NCBI GenBank assembly: GCA_045645405.1
Contig: JAZRIQ010000025.1
Location: 7,957 to 71,956, forward strand
Length of the DNA stretch: 64,000 nt
Direction of reading: 5' to 3'
DNA from: Eubacteriales bacterium
GTDB lineage: Bacteria > Bacillota > Clostridia > Oscillospirales > CAG-272
Part shown: positions 1 to 9,293 of the stretch, piece after piece
Layout of the letters: each line of letters opens with the position of its first letter
How positions within the stretch are numbered: position 1 is the stretch's first letter
Notes under the pieces: generated by a model
The model's database searches: none
What the model was told of the DNA's origin: nothing
The model's input: only the letters and a program-made list of their open reading frames with translations
Position numbers and translations under genes: made by a program

Positions 1-267
1 CTTGAAGGCTTTAAGCGTATCGGTATAGAGTGCTTCGAGGCTGAGGGTGCGTTTTATCTTTATCCGAATATCGGTAAATTCGGTCTTAGCAGCGAGGAAT
101 TTGCCCAAAGACTATTGAAGGAGCATAATTGTGCAATTGTTCCGGGTACTGCCTTCGGTGAGTGTGGCGAGGGATATGCAAGAATTTCCTATGCGTATTC
201 AATGAAGCACTTAAGTTTAGCTCTTGAAAAAATAGAAGCGTTTGTAAAAACTTTAAAAAACAGCTAA
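1..267 (+). CDS. PLP-dependent aminotransferase (class I/II), C-terminal fragment; the 5' end lies outside the window
   Basis: Frame 1 is open from base 1 to the TAA at 265-267. The translation ...NCAIVPGTAFGECGEGYARISYAYSMKHLSLALEKIEAF resembles the conserved C-terminal block of aspartate/aromatic-type aminotransferases. Confidence 0.7.
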   Translation, partial: LEGFKRIGIECFEAEGAFYLYPNIGKFGLSSEEFAQRLLKEHNCAIVPGTAFGECGEGYARISYAYSMKHLSLALEKIEAFVKTLKNS

Positions 268-271
268 ATTC

Positions 272-305
272 AAAAGCGAATGTTGATAAACAACATTCGC
301 TTTTT
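272..305. terminator. bidirectional rho-independent terminator between convergent genes
   Basis: Stem gcgaatgttg / caacattcgc with a 5-nt loop, an A-run upstream and TTTTT downstream. Confidence 0.75.
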
Positions 306-306
306 A

Positions 307-2010
307 TTATTCTTCATACTTGTACGTTACTAATTGAGCATACTCTGTCTGAACAAGTTTATCATTCATATATGACAGATATTCAACCGTTTCACCGTCG
401 AACACATAAGCGCACATTACGAGTGAAAGCCCGTTGTGGCTTTCGTTAAAGCCTTTTATTAAAAAGTCAAACGCAGTGTAGCTATTATCCATTGGTGTTA
501 TTACAGTTCTTTCGTTTTTGCCCTTCAAATCGTTATTTACAGGAGCTATATTTGTTTCGTTTGCTCCAGGTACGTACGCAACAATGCCACACTTTAAGGT
601 ATAGCCCGCGTCCACGTATTCACTATAAGCTTTATTATTGATTGAATAGCTTACGCTCATTGCAGAGCCACCGATTTTACAGGAATAACCAAGGTAGGAA
701 AAAATCTTTTCCGCTGTATCACTAACTCTATATTTGCAACCATCAACGGTACATTTTGTGATTTTTTCACCAGTCGCGGCAAAGCCCTTATCGTACGTAT
801 ATTCTACGGTTAATTTATGGTCGCTGATGCTTGGCTCTTTAGCTTGTGAGCAATCTGTACATACCGCTACACAGGACGTTGGGTTGTCATATACGTGGAC
901 GTTATTATTCAGCACGGCACAAGGATTTGCGCTATATACGATAGTTGCTTTCGTATAAGTAACACCCTTTTCTACGTCCATAAGATACTGCTGATACGTA
1001 ACTGTGTCTGCTTTAGTGAATATGTCGCTGTTATAAAGCTCACCCAGCTTTGATGGGATGGAGCCTGTATATAACGTTACCAGCTTACTGTTTGCGCTAG
1101 CAAATGCTTCCTTTCCTATTGAGGATATTTTTCCGGTAATGGCAATTGTTTCTAAAGCTTTATCGGAACAAAACATTCTCTCTCCAATTACATCGCATTT
1201 AATAATGGCTTTGGATAGCGAAGCACAGCTTTCAAACGCCTTTGCTCCGATTGAGGTAACTTTTTCGGGAACTGTAATTTCTGTAAGACCGCTTCCGTAA
1301 AATGCAATAGCATCAATTCTTGTCAAGGTTGATGGCAAAGTAATTGATTTAAGAGCACTTGTTCCCTGAAACGCTCTTTCTCCTATCATTTCTATTCCTT
1401 CCGGTAAAATTACCGTTTCAAGGGCGGTATTATTATAAAACGCCCAAGACGTAACCTCTGTGCCTGAGCCAATAGAAACCTTTTTCAAGCTTTGGCTTTC
1501 TCTGAAGCACTCCGCGCCCAAGGTTTCAAGGGAGTTTGGAAGCTCTACCTCAAGAATTACGTTATTTTTCCAAAACATATATGAGCCGAACGTAGTTGCC
1601 CCTTCGGGTATCTTACAGGTAAGCATCGAAGTAAAGCCCTTATCGCTTCTTAACGCTCTTTCCTCAAAGGTAATAAAGCCACTTGGAATTTCAAGCCGCA
1701 CAACTGAAGCATAAGAATATGAATATTTATTTTCGGTTGCATCATTCAACGCTTTAAAATCAAGCTCGGTTGACACGGAAAATTTCGTGTCAGAGCCAAC
1801 GATAACGTAATTCGTAGGATATGTAGCATAAGTGCCGTTACCGTTCGATAGCAGCACTCTTGACGTGGTATCAAATCCATCCTTAAAGGGAATTGAAAGA
1901 GTATTTTGAACGTCTGTCCATTCCGGCACTAAACTATCAGCACTTGCTGTAATGGTAAGCGTGCATATCATTATGACGAATAATGATAAAATCAATAACG
2001 ATTTTTTCAT
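307..2010 (-). CDS. secreted leucine-rich-repeat (BspA/LRR_5-like) surface protein
   Basis: N-terminal signal peptide MKKSLLILSLFVIMICTLTITASA. Repeated roughly 23-aa units (...LxxVxIPxSVTxIGxxAFxxCxxL...). SD GAGGT lies upstream. Confidence 0.7.
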   Translation of the reverse strand: MKKSLLILSLFVIMICTLTITASADSLVPEWTDVQNTLSIPFKDGFDTTSRVLLSNGNGTYATYPTNYVIVGSDTKFSVSTELDFKALNDATENKYSYSYASVVRLEIPSGFITFEERALRSDKGFTSMLTCKIPEGATTFGSYMFWKNNVILEVELPNSLETLGAECFRESQSLKKVSIGSGTEVTSWAFYNNTALETVILPEGIEMIGERAFQGTSALKSITLPSTLTRIDAIAFYGSGLTEITVPEKVTSIGAKAFESCASLSKAIIKCDVIGERMFCSDKALETIAITGKISSIGKEAFASANSKLVTLYTGSIPSKLGELYNSDIFTKADTVTYQQYLMDVEKGVTYTKATIVYSANPCAVLNNNVHVYDNPTSCVAVCTDCSQAKEPSISDHKLTVEYTYDKGFAATGEKITKCTVDGCKYRVSDTAEKIFSYLGYSCKIGGSAMSVSYSINNKAYSEYVDAGYTLKCGIVAYVPGANETNIAPVNNDLKGKNERTVITPMDNSYTAFDFLIKGFNESHNGLSLVMCAYVFDGETVEYLSYMNDKLVQTEYAQLVTYKYEE

Positions 2011-2026
2011 ATTTACCTCTTAAACT

Positions 2027-2575
2027 TTATTTGTATGGATTATACTCTTTTAGTAGTTCCTGTCTTGCCTTCTCTCTTTTGCGCGCTGTCAATTTACTTG
2101 GAAGATAAACTACAAGCAAAGTTAACGCCTCGATTAAAATGAAAATTACGGTATAAAATATAGCCGGCACATCCTGCATAGTTGTAATCGTTTCATCAAT
2201 AAGCACACGTCCTAACAGCGTACCGAGCAATGTAATTGACATTCCTGCAGAAAATACAGCAAAGCTTGTAAACAACGAAAAAACGTATCTTATGATAAAG
2301 GTTACTATATAGTTCGTGCAAAACTGCTTATAAGTAAGATTTCGGCTGTTTTTGAAAAGTCCGTAGAAAATTACAAATCTTACAAGTAATTCAAATAATA
2401 AAAATACAAAAAACTCTACCGTTTCTCTCATCATTCCCGGTTCTTTTATGATAAAACGAACGGGCATAACCATAAAGCCTGCCAAAAAAAGTGAAACAAC
2501 AAGTATTTGACATTCAATAAGTACAAAATATAAAAGTCCGCTTTTTAAATCAATTTTCTTTAAAAACTCATTCAT
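2027..2575 (-). CDS. hypothetical polytopic membrane protein
   Basis: 182-aa ORF with about 5 hydrophobic segments. Its start overlaps the tadA stop (ATGA), which implies an operon. No recognisable motif. Confidence 0.55.
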   Translation of the reverse strand: MNEFLKKIDLKSGLLYFVLIECQILVVSLFLAGFMVMPVRFIIKEPGMMRETVEFFVFLLFELLVRFVIFYGLFKNSRNLTYKQFCTNYIVTFIIRYVFSLFTSFAVFSAGMSITLLGTLLGRVLIDETITTMQDVPAIFYTVIFILIEALTLLVVYLPSKLTARKREKARQELLKEYNPYK

Positions 2576-3033
2576 ATATGATCTCCCTTGCGTTTGTTTT
2601 TGAAAAAGGTTGAAAGTATTTTGGAGCAGTCCTCGGACAAAACTCCACTTGTAATTTGAGGCTTGAACAGTGGATAATCGGTAAGATTCAGCATTGTACC
2701 GAAGGCGCCTGCCTTATGGTCGGGGGCACCGTAAACCACTCGTTCCACTCTGGAATTGATTATTGCGCCTGCGCACATAGGACAAGGCTCTAACGTTACG
2801 TACAACGTACATCCCACAAGTCGCCACCCTCCAAGAAGTCTGCAGGCTTCATTTATTGCCTTAATTTCAGCATGATAGAGGGCGTTTTTGTCCTTTTCTC
2901 TTGTGTTATGGGCTTTTACAAGGATTTCACCATTGCGCACAATTACGGCGCCTACGGGAACCTCATCCTCACTTGAGGCAACTTGCGCTTCCTTTAGCGC
3001 TTCAAGCATAAATAATTCGTCTTGATTCATCAT
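2572..3033 (-). CDS. tadA: tRNA adenosine(34) deaminase
   Basis: CDA zinc motifs HAE...PCPMCAGA are present. The 153-aa length is typical of TadA. Confidence 0.9.
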   Translation of the reverse strand: MMNQDELFMLEALKEAQVASSEDEVPVGAVIVRNGEILVKAHNTREKDKNALYHAEIKAINEACRLLGGWRLVGCTLYVTLEPCPMCAGAIINSRVERVVYGAPDHKAGAFGTMLNLTDYPLFKPQITSGVLSEDCSKILSTFFKNKRKGDHI

Positions 3034-5015
3034 ATATCGGCAAGGTCCATATATTTTGGTCCGTTTTCGGCAATAAATGCTTTTCTTGCCATTATGTCGT
3101 CACCAAGCAAGGTTTCGAAAATCCTTTGTGTTTCGTATTCATCGGAAGGACTAACCTGGATAAGCCTTCTTGTTTCAGGATTCATAGTAGTTTGCCACAT
3201 CATATCAGGCTCGTTTTCACCAAGACCCTTTGAACGCTGAATGGTATATTTTTTGCCCTCCAACTTTGACAGAATTTCCGCTTTTTCAACTTCATTATAT
3301 GCAAACTGAATTTCATCCTTGCCGCTGGTAATCTCATAAAGAGGAGATTCAGCAATAAAGATTTTACCCTCCTGTATAAGCGTAGGCAACAGTCTGTAAA
3401 ACATTGTTAAAATAAGGGTTCTTATTTGGAAGCCGTCCTCATCAGCATCAGTACAGATAACTATTCTGCGCCATTTGAGATTTTTAAGATTAAACGGCAT
3501 CATATCGTCCTTTGATTTCGTTTTAACCTCAACACCACAGCCGATTACCTTAAGCAAATCAACAATGATGTCGCTTTTAAAAATCTTTTCATAAGAGCTT
3601 TTCAGACAGTTAAGGGTTTTTCCTCTTACTGGAATAATTGCCTGAAACTCCGCATCTCTGCCCAATTTACATGACGTCAACGCAGAATCACCCTCAACTA
3701 TATAAAGCTCACGCTTATTTTCATCCTTACTGCGGCAAGAAACAAATTTTTCAACTCTTGCTGTAAAGTCGTTTGAGGTTGCAAGCTTTTTCTTAATATC
3801 CAGCTTGGTAATTTCAGCTTTTTCTCTCGCTCTTTTATTTATAAGAACTTGATTTGCAAAAAGCTCTGCCTCCGTGCTGTTTTCAATAAAATAAATTTCC
3901 AGCTTACTCCTTATAAACTCACAAAGCGCATCCTCGATAAATTTATTGGTAATTGATTTTTTCGTTTGGTTTTCGTAGGAGGTTTGAGTGGAAAAGCTGT
4001 TTATTACTATGACTAAGCAATCTTGAATATCATTGAAGCCTATTTTGGTTTCTTTACTTTGATATTTTTTATTTGCCTTCAGGTATTTATCAAGCTCATT
4101 TACAAACGCTCTTCTCACCGCCTTATCAGGAGAACCACCGTGTTCCAAAAAGCTGGAGTTGTGGTAGTATTCGGTCATATTTACCGCATTTGATACACAG
4201 AAGCTGATTTGAGCATTAAGCTCGTAATCATCCTTATCCTCTCTGTCTCTGCCTTTAGCCTCCATTTCCCAATATACAGGGGCAGTCATTGTGTTTCCGC
4301 TTGTAAGCTCGTTAATGTAATCGCTAATACCGTTTTCATATAGAAATTCTGTTTTTTCAAATTTGCCGTTTGGCATTTGATAATTAAGAATAAGCTTCAA
4401 GCCTTTATTCACTACCGCTTGCTTATGCAAAACGTCCAAATAATGCTCTCTGGGAATAGCGGTATCAGTAAACACCTCAAGGTCGGGACGCCATCTTGTA
4501 AGGGTGCCTGTTCTTCTATCCTTACCCTCTAAAGCGGTAGTTTTAAGGGTTGACACCGGCTCGCCCTTTTCAAAATGAATTTCGTACATTACGTCTTTTT
4601 TATAGGAATAAACGTCCATAAATTCAGACGAATACTGTGTAGCGCAAGCACCAAGACCGTTCAATCCAAGGGAATACTTATATGCTCCGCCGTCGTTGTT
4701 TTCATATTTACCGCCCGCATAAAGCTCACAATAAACAAGCTCCCAGTTATAGCGGTTTTCTTTTTTATTAAAATCGAGAGGCACGCCTCTACCCTTATCG
4801 TCAACCTCTATGGTTCTATCCTGATACACCGTTACGGTAATTTCCTTACCGTAGCCCTCACGTGCTTCGTCAATGGAGTTCGAAAGGATTTCAAAAAATG
4901 AATGTTGACAGCCCTCAAGTCCCTCCGAGCCGAAAATTACGGCAGGTCTTTTACGCACGCGGTCAGCACCCTTTAGGGCATATATGCTTTGTCCGTTATA
5001 GTCCTTGCTTGACAT
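3030..5015 (-). CDS. type IIA DNA topoisomerase subunit B (GyrB/ParE family, divergent)
   Basis: GHKL motifs (ILSNSIDE, DDKGRGVP, LGLNGLGA), a QTK loop, and Toprim EGDSA and DADEDG motifs. SD GGGAGG lies upstream. The stop overlaps the tadA start. Confidence 0.85.
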   Translation of the reverse strand: MSSKDYNGQSIYALKGADRVRKRPAVIFGSEGLEGCQHSFFEILSNSIDEAREGYGKEITVTVYQDRTIEVDDKGRGVPLDFNKKENRYNWELVYCELYAGGKYENNDGGAYKYSLGLNGLGACATQYSSEFMDVYSYKKDVMYEIHFEKGEPVSTLKTTALEGKDRRTGTLTRWRPDLEVFTDTAIPREHYLDVLHKQAVVNKGLKLILNYQMPNGKFEKTEFLYENGISDYINELTSGNTMTAPVYWEMEAKGRDREDKDDYELNAQISFCVSNAVNMTEYYHNSSFLEHGGSPDKAVRRAFVNELDKYLKANKKYQSKETKIGFNDIQDCLVIVINSFSTQTSYENQTKKSITNKFIEDALCEFIRSKLEIYFIENSTEAELFANQVLINKRAREKAEITKLDIKKKLATSNDFTARVEKFVSCRSKDENKRELYIVEGDSALTSCKLGRDAEFQAIIPVRGKTLNCLKSSYEKIFKSDIIVDLLKVIGCGVEVKTKSKDDMMPFNLKNLKWRRIVICTDADEDGFQIRTLILTMFYRLLPTLIQEGKIFIAESPLYEITSGKDEIQFAYNEVEKAEILSKLEGKKYTIQRSKGLGENEPDMMWQTTMNPETRRLIQVSPSDEYETQRIFETLLGDDIMARKAFIAENGPKYMDLADI

Positions 5016-5133
5016 TTTGTCCTCCCATACAGTTTAAAATCGTAATATATTTTATTGTAACATATATAAAATTATATTTCAAGTATGATTTATCCATTTT
5101 TTAGATAATGTACTTTTCTCAAGACAGTAAAAC

Positions 5134-5162
5134 TTGACATTACATCAAAATAGGTCTATAAT
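5134..5162 (+). promoter_or_regulatory. sigma-A type promoter (TTGACA-17-TATAAT)
   Basis: Perfect -35 at 5134-5139 and -10 at 5157-5162 with a 17-nt spacer, about 30 nt upstream of the 5193 start. Confidence 0.6.
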
Positions 5163-5192
5163 AAAAATATAACAGATGCAGGGGGAAGCAAA

Positions 5193-6023
5193 ATGAAGGA
5201 TTTTTTCAAAAATCAAGGTATTGAATTTTACTCGCTTATACCACTTAAAAGATGCAAGATTCTAAAGAGCTATCTTTTAGAAAAAAACGGTTTTGACGAA
5301 AATGACAACGCCATTCTGTTTTTAATACCTTACAGAAGTGAAAAAAAGCCTGTGAATCTAACCGTTTATGCGTCTGTACTTGATTATCACAGATACGTTG
5401 AGCAGCTTTCCTTCGAGCTTGAAGCTTACGTAAAAAGCAAGTATCCCAATGGTAAATTTAAAATTTTTACTGACCACTCTCCAATTGACGAGGTTCACGC
5501 CGCCTGCATAAGCGGTCTTGGATTTATCGGAGATAACGGACTTTTAATAAACGAAAAATATTCATCGTTTGTTTTTTTGGCAGAATGCGTAACAAATTTG
5601 ACGGAAAAGGATTTGGGTATAGATTACCCTTTGGAAATTTCGGTAAAGGAATGCTTACACTGTGGGGCGTGCCACGAAAAATGTCCCGCTGAATGCATTG
5701 GCGCTAATAGAAAGCCGAAAAGCGAATGCTTATCCGCAATAACCCAAAAAAAGGGAGAGCTTTGCGAAAATGAAATTCAAATGATGCTCGATAACGGAAG
5801 CATTTGGGGCTGTGATGTATGTCAAAACGCATGTCCTTTCACAAAAAAAGCATCATTTACACCTATTGAATTTTTCAAAAACGACATTATTACGCTTCTT
5901 GACAAAAAAGCACTTGACAGCTTGACGGACGAAGAATTTAACAAACGTCCCTTTGCTTGGCGCGGCAGAAGCGTGATTGCAAGAAACGTTGATATTTACG
6001 AAAAACATTTTTCAGATAAATAA
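5193..6023 (+). CDS. QueG-like 4Fe-4S protein (putative epoxyqueuosine reductase family)
   Basis: Two ferredoxin-type clusters, CLHCGACHEKCP and CDVCQNACPF, in a QueG-like context. It is shorter than canonical QueG. Confidence 0.55.
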   Translation: MKDFFKNQGIEFYSLIPLKRCKILKSYLLEKNGFDENDNAILFLIPYRSEKKPVNLTVYASVLDYHRYVEQLSFELEAYVKSKYPNGKFKIFTDHSPIDEVHAACISGLGFIGDNGLLINEKYSSFVFLAECVTNLTEKDLGIDYPLEISVKECLHCGACHEKCPAECIGANRKPKSECLSAITQKKGELCENEIQMMLDNGSIWGCDVCQNACPFTKKASFTPIEFFKNDIITLLDKKALDSLTDEEFNKRPFAWRGRSVIARNVDIYEKHFSDK

Positions 6024-6035
6024 AAGGAGGATAGA

Positions 6036-9000
6036 ATGATTAGTTTTCTTTTCGGCGACGAGGGCCACGGAAAAAGCACTTATATTATTGAGAAAATTAA
6101 AGATGATACGAAAAAAGGCATTCGCTCATTTTTAGTCGTTCCTGAACAACAAACCGTCATTTCAGAAAAGGAAATTGCGACACTCCTCCCCCCTTCTGCT
6201 CAATTGTACTGTGAAGCCACAAACTTCACCCGTCTTGCCAACAAGGTTTTCAGAGAGGTAGGCGGACTCAAATACAATTACATATCAAAAAGCGGAAAAA
6301 GCCTTGCTATGTATCGTACTATTTGTGAATGCCGCGATGCTCTTAAGGAATATAGAATTCTCAAGGGACACGAAAAAAGCTGTGTTTCTCTGTTTTTGGG
6401 GGCAATTGGCGAGTTGAAGTCATACAGCGTTGACTATGAAAAATTAAAAAATGCCGCGCTAAACACGGAAAACCAGCAATTTAAAAACAAGCTTGAGGAT
6501 ATTTTACTTATTTGGACTACCTTTGAAGGAATCGTCAGTGAAAGCTATAGCGATCCGTTAGACGATATACTTATGCTTGCAAGAAAGCTTGATGAATACG
6601 ATTATTTTAAGAATACAAGCGTGTATATTGATGGATTTTACAGCTTTACAAAGGCTCAGCTTGACGTAATTTATCACATTTTCAAACAAGCAAGCTCTGT
6701 CACCGTGGCGTTTGATTGTCCTGCATATTGCGAAAACGGAGCTATGCAATATGCTAAAATTACCGACGCCAGGGACAGGCTTTTTTCTCTTTGCAAAAAA
6801 TTAAACAAGAAATACGAAATCATTGAATTTCCTGATGATTATAAGCATAAAAGCGAAGGAATTGCCTGCTTATGCAAGCAGATTTGGAATTTTTCCTGCG
6901 ATTCAATCTCTGCAAAGGACGGAGTTTATCTTGTAAAGGCAGATAACGAATTTTCAGAATGTGAATACGTTGCTTCTAAAATTAAGGAGCTGATTTTCAC
7001 AGGAGAAAAATATTCCGATATTGCAGTTATAATGCGAAATTCTGCCACATATAGGGGAATAATTGACTATTCCTTTGACAAATTTGAAATTCCGTACTTT
7101 TATTCCTCCCCTACCGACATTCTTTCTATGCCGGTTATTAAAACGGTTTTTTCTGCCCTTAACGCCTCATCCTCCTACAGACTTGACGACATCATATCTT
7201 ATGTAAAGTGTGGCTACACCGATATTTCCGAGGACGATTTAAACGACCTTGAGGGGTATATGTTCAGATGGAATATTTACGGCAAAAAATTTTCAAATGA
7301 CGACTACTGGGCTTCAAATCCCGACGGATATATTGAAAAGGCTACGCCGTTTCAGCAAGAAACACTTGCAAGAATAAATAAAACAAAAAATCAAATCATT
7401 TCAAAGCTATCAATACTTAACGACTGCTTTGCAAAAAAATGCACCGTGCGCCAAGCTTCTCAGGCTGTATTTGAATTTTTAAACGCACACAACCTTGCTG
7501 ACCAATTAAAAAATGAAATCGACAATTGTTCGTCAAGGCAGGAGGCATACGAGCTTTCACAAATATGGAACTCTCTAATCTCTGCCCTTGAAACACTTGT
7601 TGCTGTTTGCGGTGATGTTTATGTTTTATGCGAGGATTACGTTTCACTACTAAAATATGCTTTAAGCGATTGTGAAATCGGTGCTATTCCGTCAGGAGTT
7701 GACAACGTTACTATCGGTGACGCTCCTACTATAAGAGCAAAAAGCATCAAGCACGTGTTTGTTTTAGGGGTTAACGAGGGAGTTTTCCCCGGTGACACTT
7801 CAGATAACGTCTTCTTTACAGACGTTGATAAAATCGCTCTTGAAACTATGGGCATTGATTTATCATCAAAAAATGACGTAAGAGCTGACGATGAGCTTTT
7901 AGCGTTTAAGCATGCGATTTCCTTGGCTTCTCATAGCGTAACCGTTTCTTGCCTCAAGGGTAACATAAGAGGTGCAGAAATGCAGCCCTCCATTGCGTTT
8001 ACCAGAGTTAACGAGCTTTTGGGAAAGGATTTTGAAATTATCGACACGTCATCTACTTTATCAATTGATAAAATATATACAAAGGAAACTGCTCTTGAGC
8101 AAATTTCATCATATAATATGGAGCTTGGACAAGCTATCAGAGAATACTACGGTCTTGAAAGCTATAAACAGGATAGCTTTACAAATGACAATTTGTCAAT
8201 TGACAAAAATACGGTAGATGACATTTTCGGTAATCATATTTCTCTTTCGAAGTCAAGCATTGAAACGTTTGCACTCTGTAAGCTGAAATATTACTGTGAT
8301 TACGTTCTCAAGCTGAAGCCCAGTAACCGCATTACGTTTGCCGCTAACAATATCGGCACGCTAAATCATTTAATTATTGAAAAATTCTTTAATATGCAAA
8401 AGAACGAGAGCTTTGATGCTTCTTCTCTTACCGATAAGGATTTTGAAAAAATAATTGACGATATTATAAACAGCTACGCTTTTTCGGTGTGCGGCTCTCT
8501 ACGCATTTCCAACAAACTGAAATATTTATTTGAAAAGCTGAAAAAAAATCTAATTATTTATTTATCAGAGCTTAACGAGGAGCTTTCACAAAGCAGGTTT
8601 TCTCCTGAATATATGGAGCTTTCCCTAAGCGGTAACGGTAAAAACGCACCAAAATCTTTAAAATTCAAAATAGGTGAAAACGCCACTGCTTCTCTATCAG
8701 GTACTGCAGACAGAGTTGACATTTACAGAAAAGACGGAGTGACATACGTTAAAATCATTGACTACAAGTCCGGAGAGGAAAAAATTTCCCGTGAATTTAT
8801 AAGCCAAGGCTTCGGCATTCAGCTTTTTATCTATCTGTTTACCCTTTGCAAAATGAGTGATAGTGAATTTAAAAGCTCCTTCTTGGCAGGCACCAATGAA
8901 ATCAAGCCCGCGGGAATTATGTATTTCCCTATGAACATATCAAAAAAGGATATTGATTACGACGTTGATTTGGAGTCAGAGGAATTAAAGATTATTGAAA

Positions 9001-9293
9001 GGAATACTGTAACTGAAAGAATCAAGCGTTCGGGCTTTTTCCTTAACAACATTGACGTTTTAACCGCTCAAGACAGAGATTTATCGGGAAAATATTTGCC
9101 AAATATGAATACTGATTCCGAGTGTTTTTTACAGCTTACTGATTTTGAGGACATATACAAGGAGCTTGAAAGCACCATTAGCTTAATCGGCTCTGAAATT
9201 TTAAGCGGTGACGCCCAAGCTATACCTAAAAAAATAACGAAGGATCCCTGCAAATACTGTGAGCATGCTTTTATATGCAGAAGGAGGAAATAA
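6036..9293 (+). CDS. addB: helicase-exonuclease AddAB, subunit AddB
   Basis: 1085 aa. N-terminal degenerate Walker A (GHGKST). C-terminal RecB-type nuclease (DRVD...IIDYKSG) with Fe-S cysteines (C...CKYCEHAFIC). It lies immediately upstream of addA. Confidence 0.9.
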   Translation: MISFLFGDEGHGKSTYIIEKIKDDTKKGIRSFLVVPEQQTVISEKEIATLLPPSAQLYCEATNFTRLANKVFREVGGLKYNYISKSGKSLAMYRTICECRDALKEYRILKGHEKSCVSLFLGAIGELKSYSVDYEKLKNAALNTENQQFKNKLEDILLIWTTFEGIVSESYSDPLDDILMLARKLDEYDYFKNTSVYIDGFYSFTKAQLDVIYHIFKQASSVTVAFDCPAYCENGAMQYAKITDARDRLFSLCKKLNKKYEIIEFPDDYKHKSEGIACLCKQIWNFSCDSISAKDGVYLVKADNEFSECEYVASKIKELIFTGEKYSDIAVIMRNSATYRGIIDYSFDKFEIPYFYSSPTDILSMPVIKTVFSALNASSSYRLDDIISYVKCGYTDISEDDLNDLEGYMFRWNIYGKKFSNDDYWASNPDGYIEKATPFQQETLARINKTKNQIISKLSILNDCFAKKCTVRQASQAVFEFLNAHNLADQLKNEIDNCSSRQEAYELSQIWNSLISALETLVAVCGDVYVLCEDYVSLLKYALSDCEIGAIPSGVDNVTIGDAPTIRAKSIKHVFVLGVNEGVFPGDTSDNVFFTDVDKIALETMGIDLSSKNDVRADDELLAFKHAISLASHSVTVSCLKGNIRGAEMQPSIAFTRVNELLGKDFEIIDTSSTLSIDKIYTKETALEQISSYNMELGQAIREYYGLESYKQDSFTNDNLSIDKNTVDDIFGNHISLSKSSIETFALCKLKYYCDYVLKLKPSNRITFAANNIGTLNHLIIEKFFNMQKNESFDASSLTDKDFEKIIDDIINSYAFSVCGSLRISNKLKYLFEKLKKNLIIYLSELNEELSQSRFSPEYMELSLSGNGKNAPKSLKFKIGENATASLSGTADRVDIYRKDGVTYVKIIDYKSGEEKISREFISQGFGIQLFIYLFTLCKMSDSEFKSSFLAGTNEIKPAGIMYFPMNISKKDIDYDVDLESEELKIIERNTVTERIKRSGFFLNNIDVLTAQDRDLSGKYLPNMNTDSECFLQLTDFEDIYKELESTISLIGSEILSGDAQAIPKKITKDPCKYCEHAFICRRRK

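Noticed and set aside
9275-9292. Upstream-extended starts offered by the ORF track: addA 9275, GH3 16430, tyrS 18138, GH78-like 32300, tsaE 37500, fhs 39148, sugar transferase 53064, thrS 60280 and ARH 63953.
   Set aside because: In each case a downstream ATG is preceded at proper spacing by a GGAGG-type SD and matches the conserved N-terminus of the family. The extensions overlap upstream genes or leaders.
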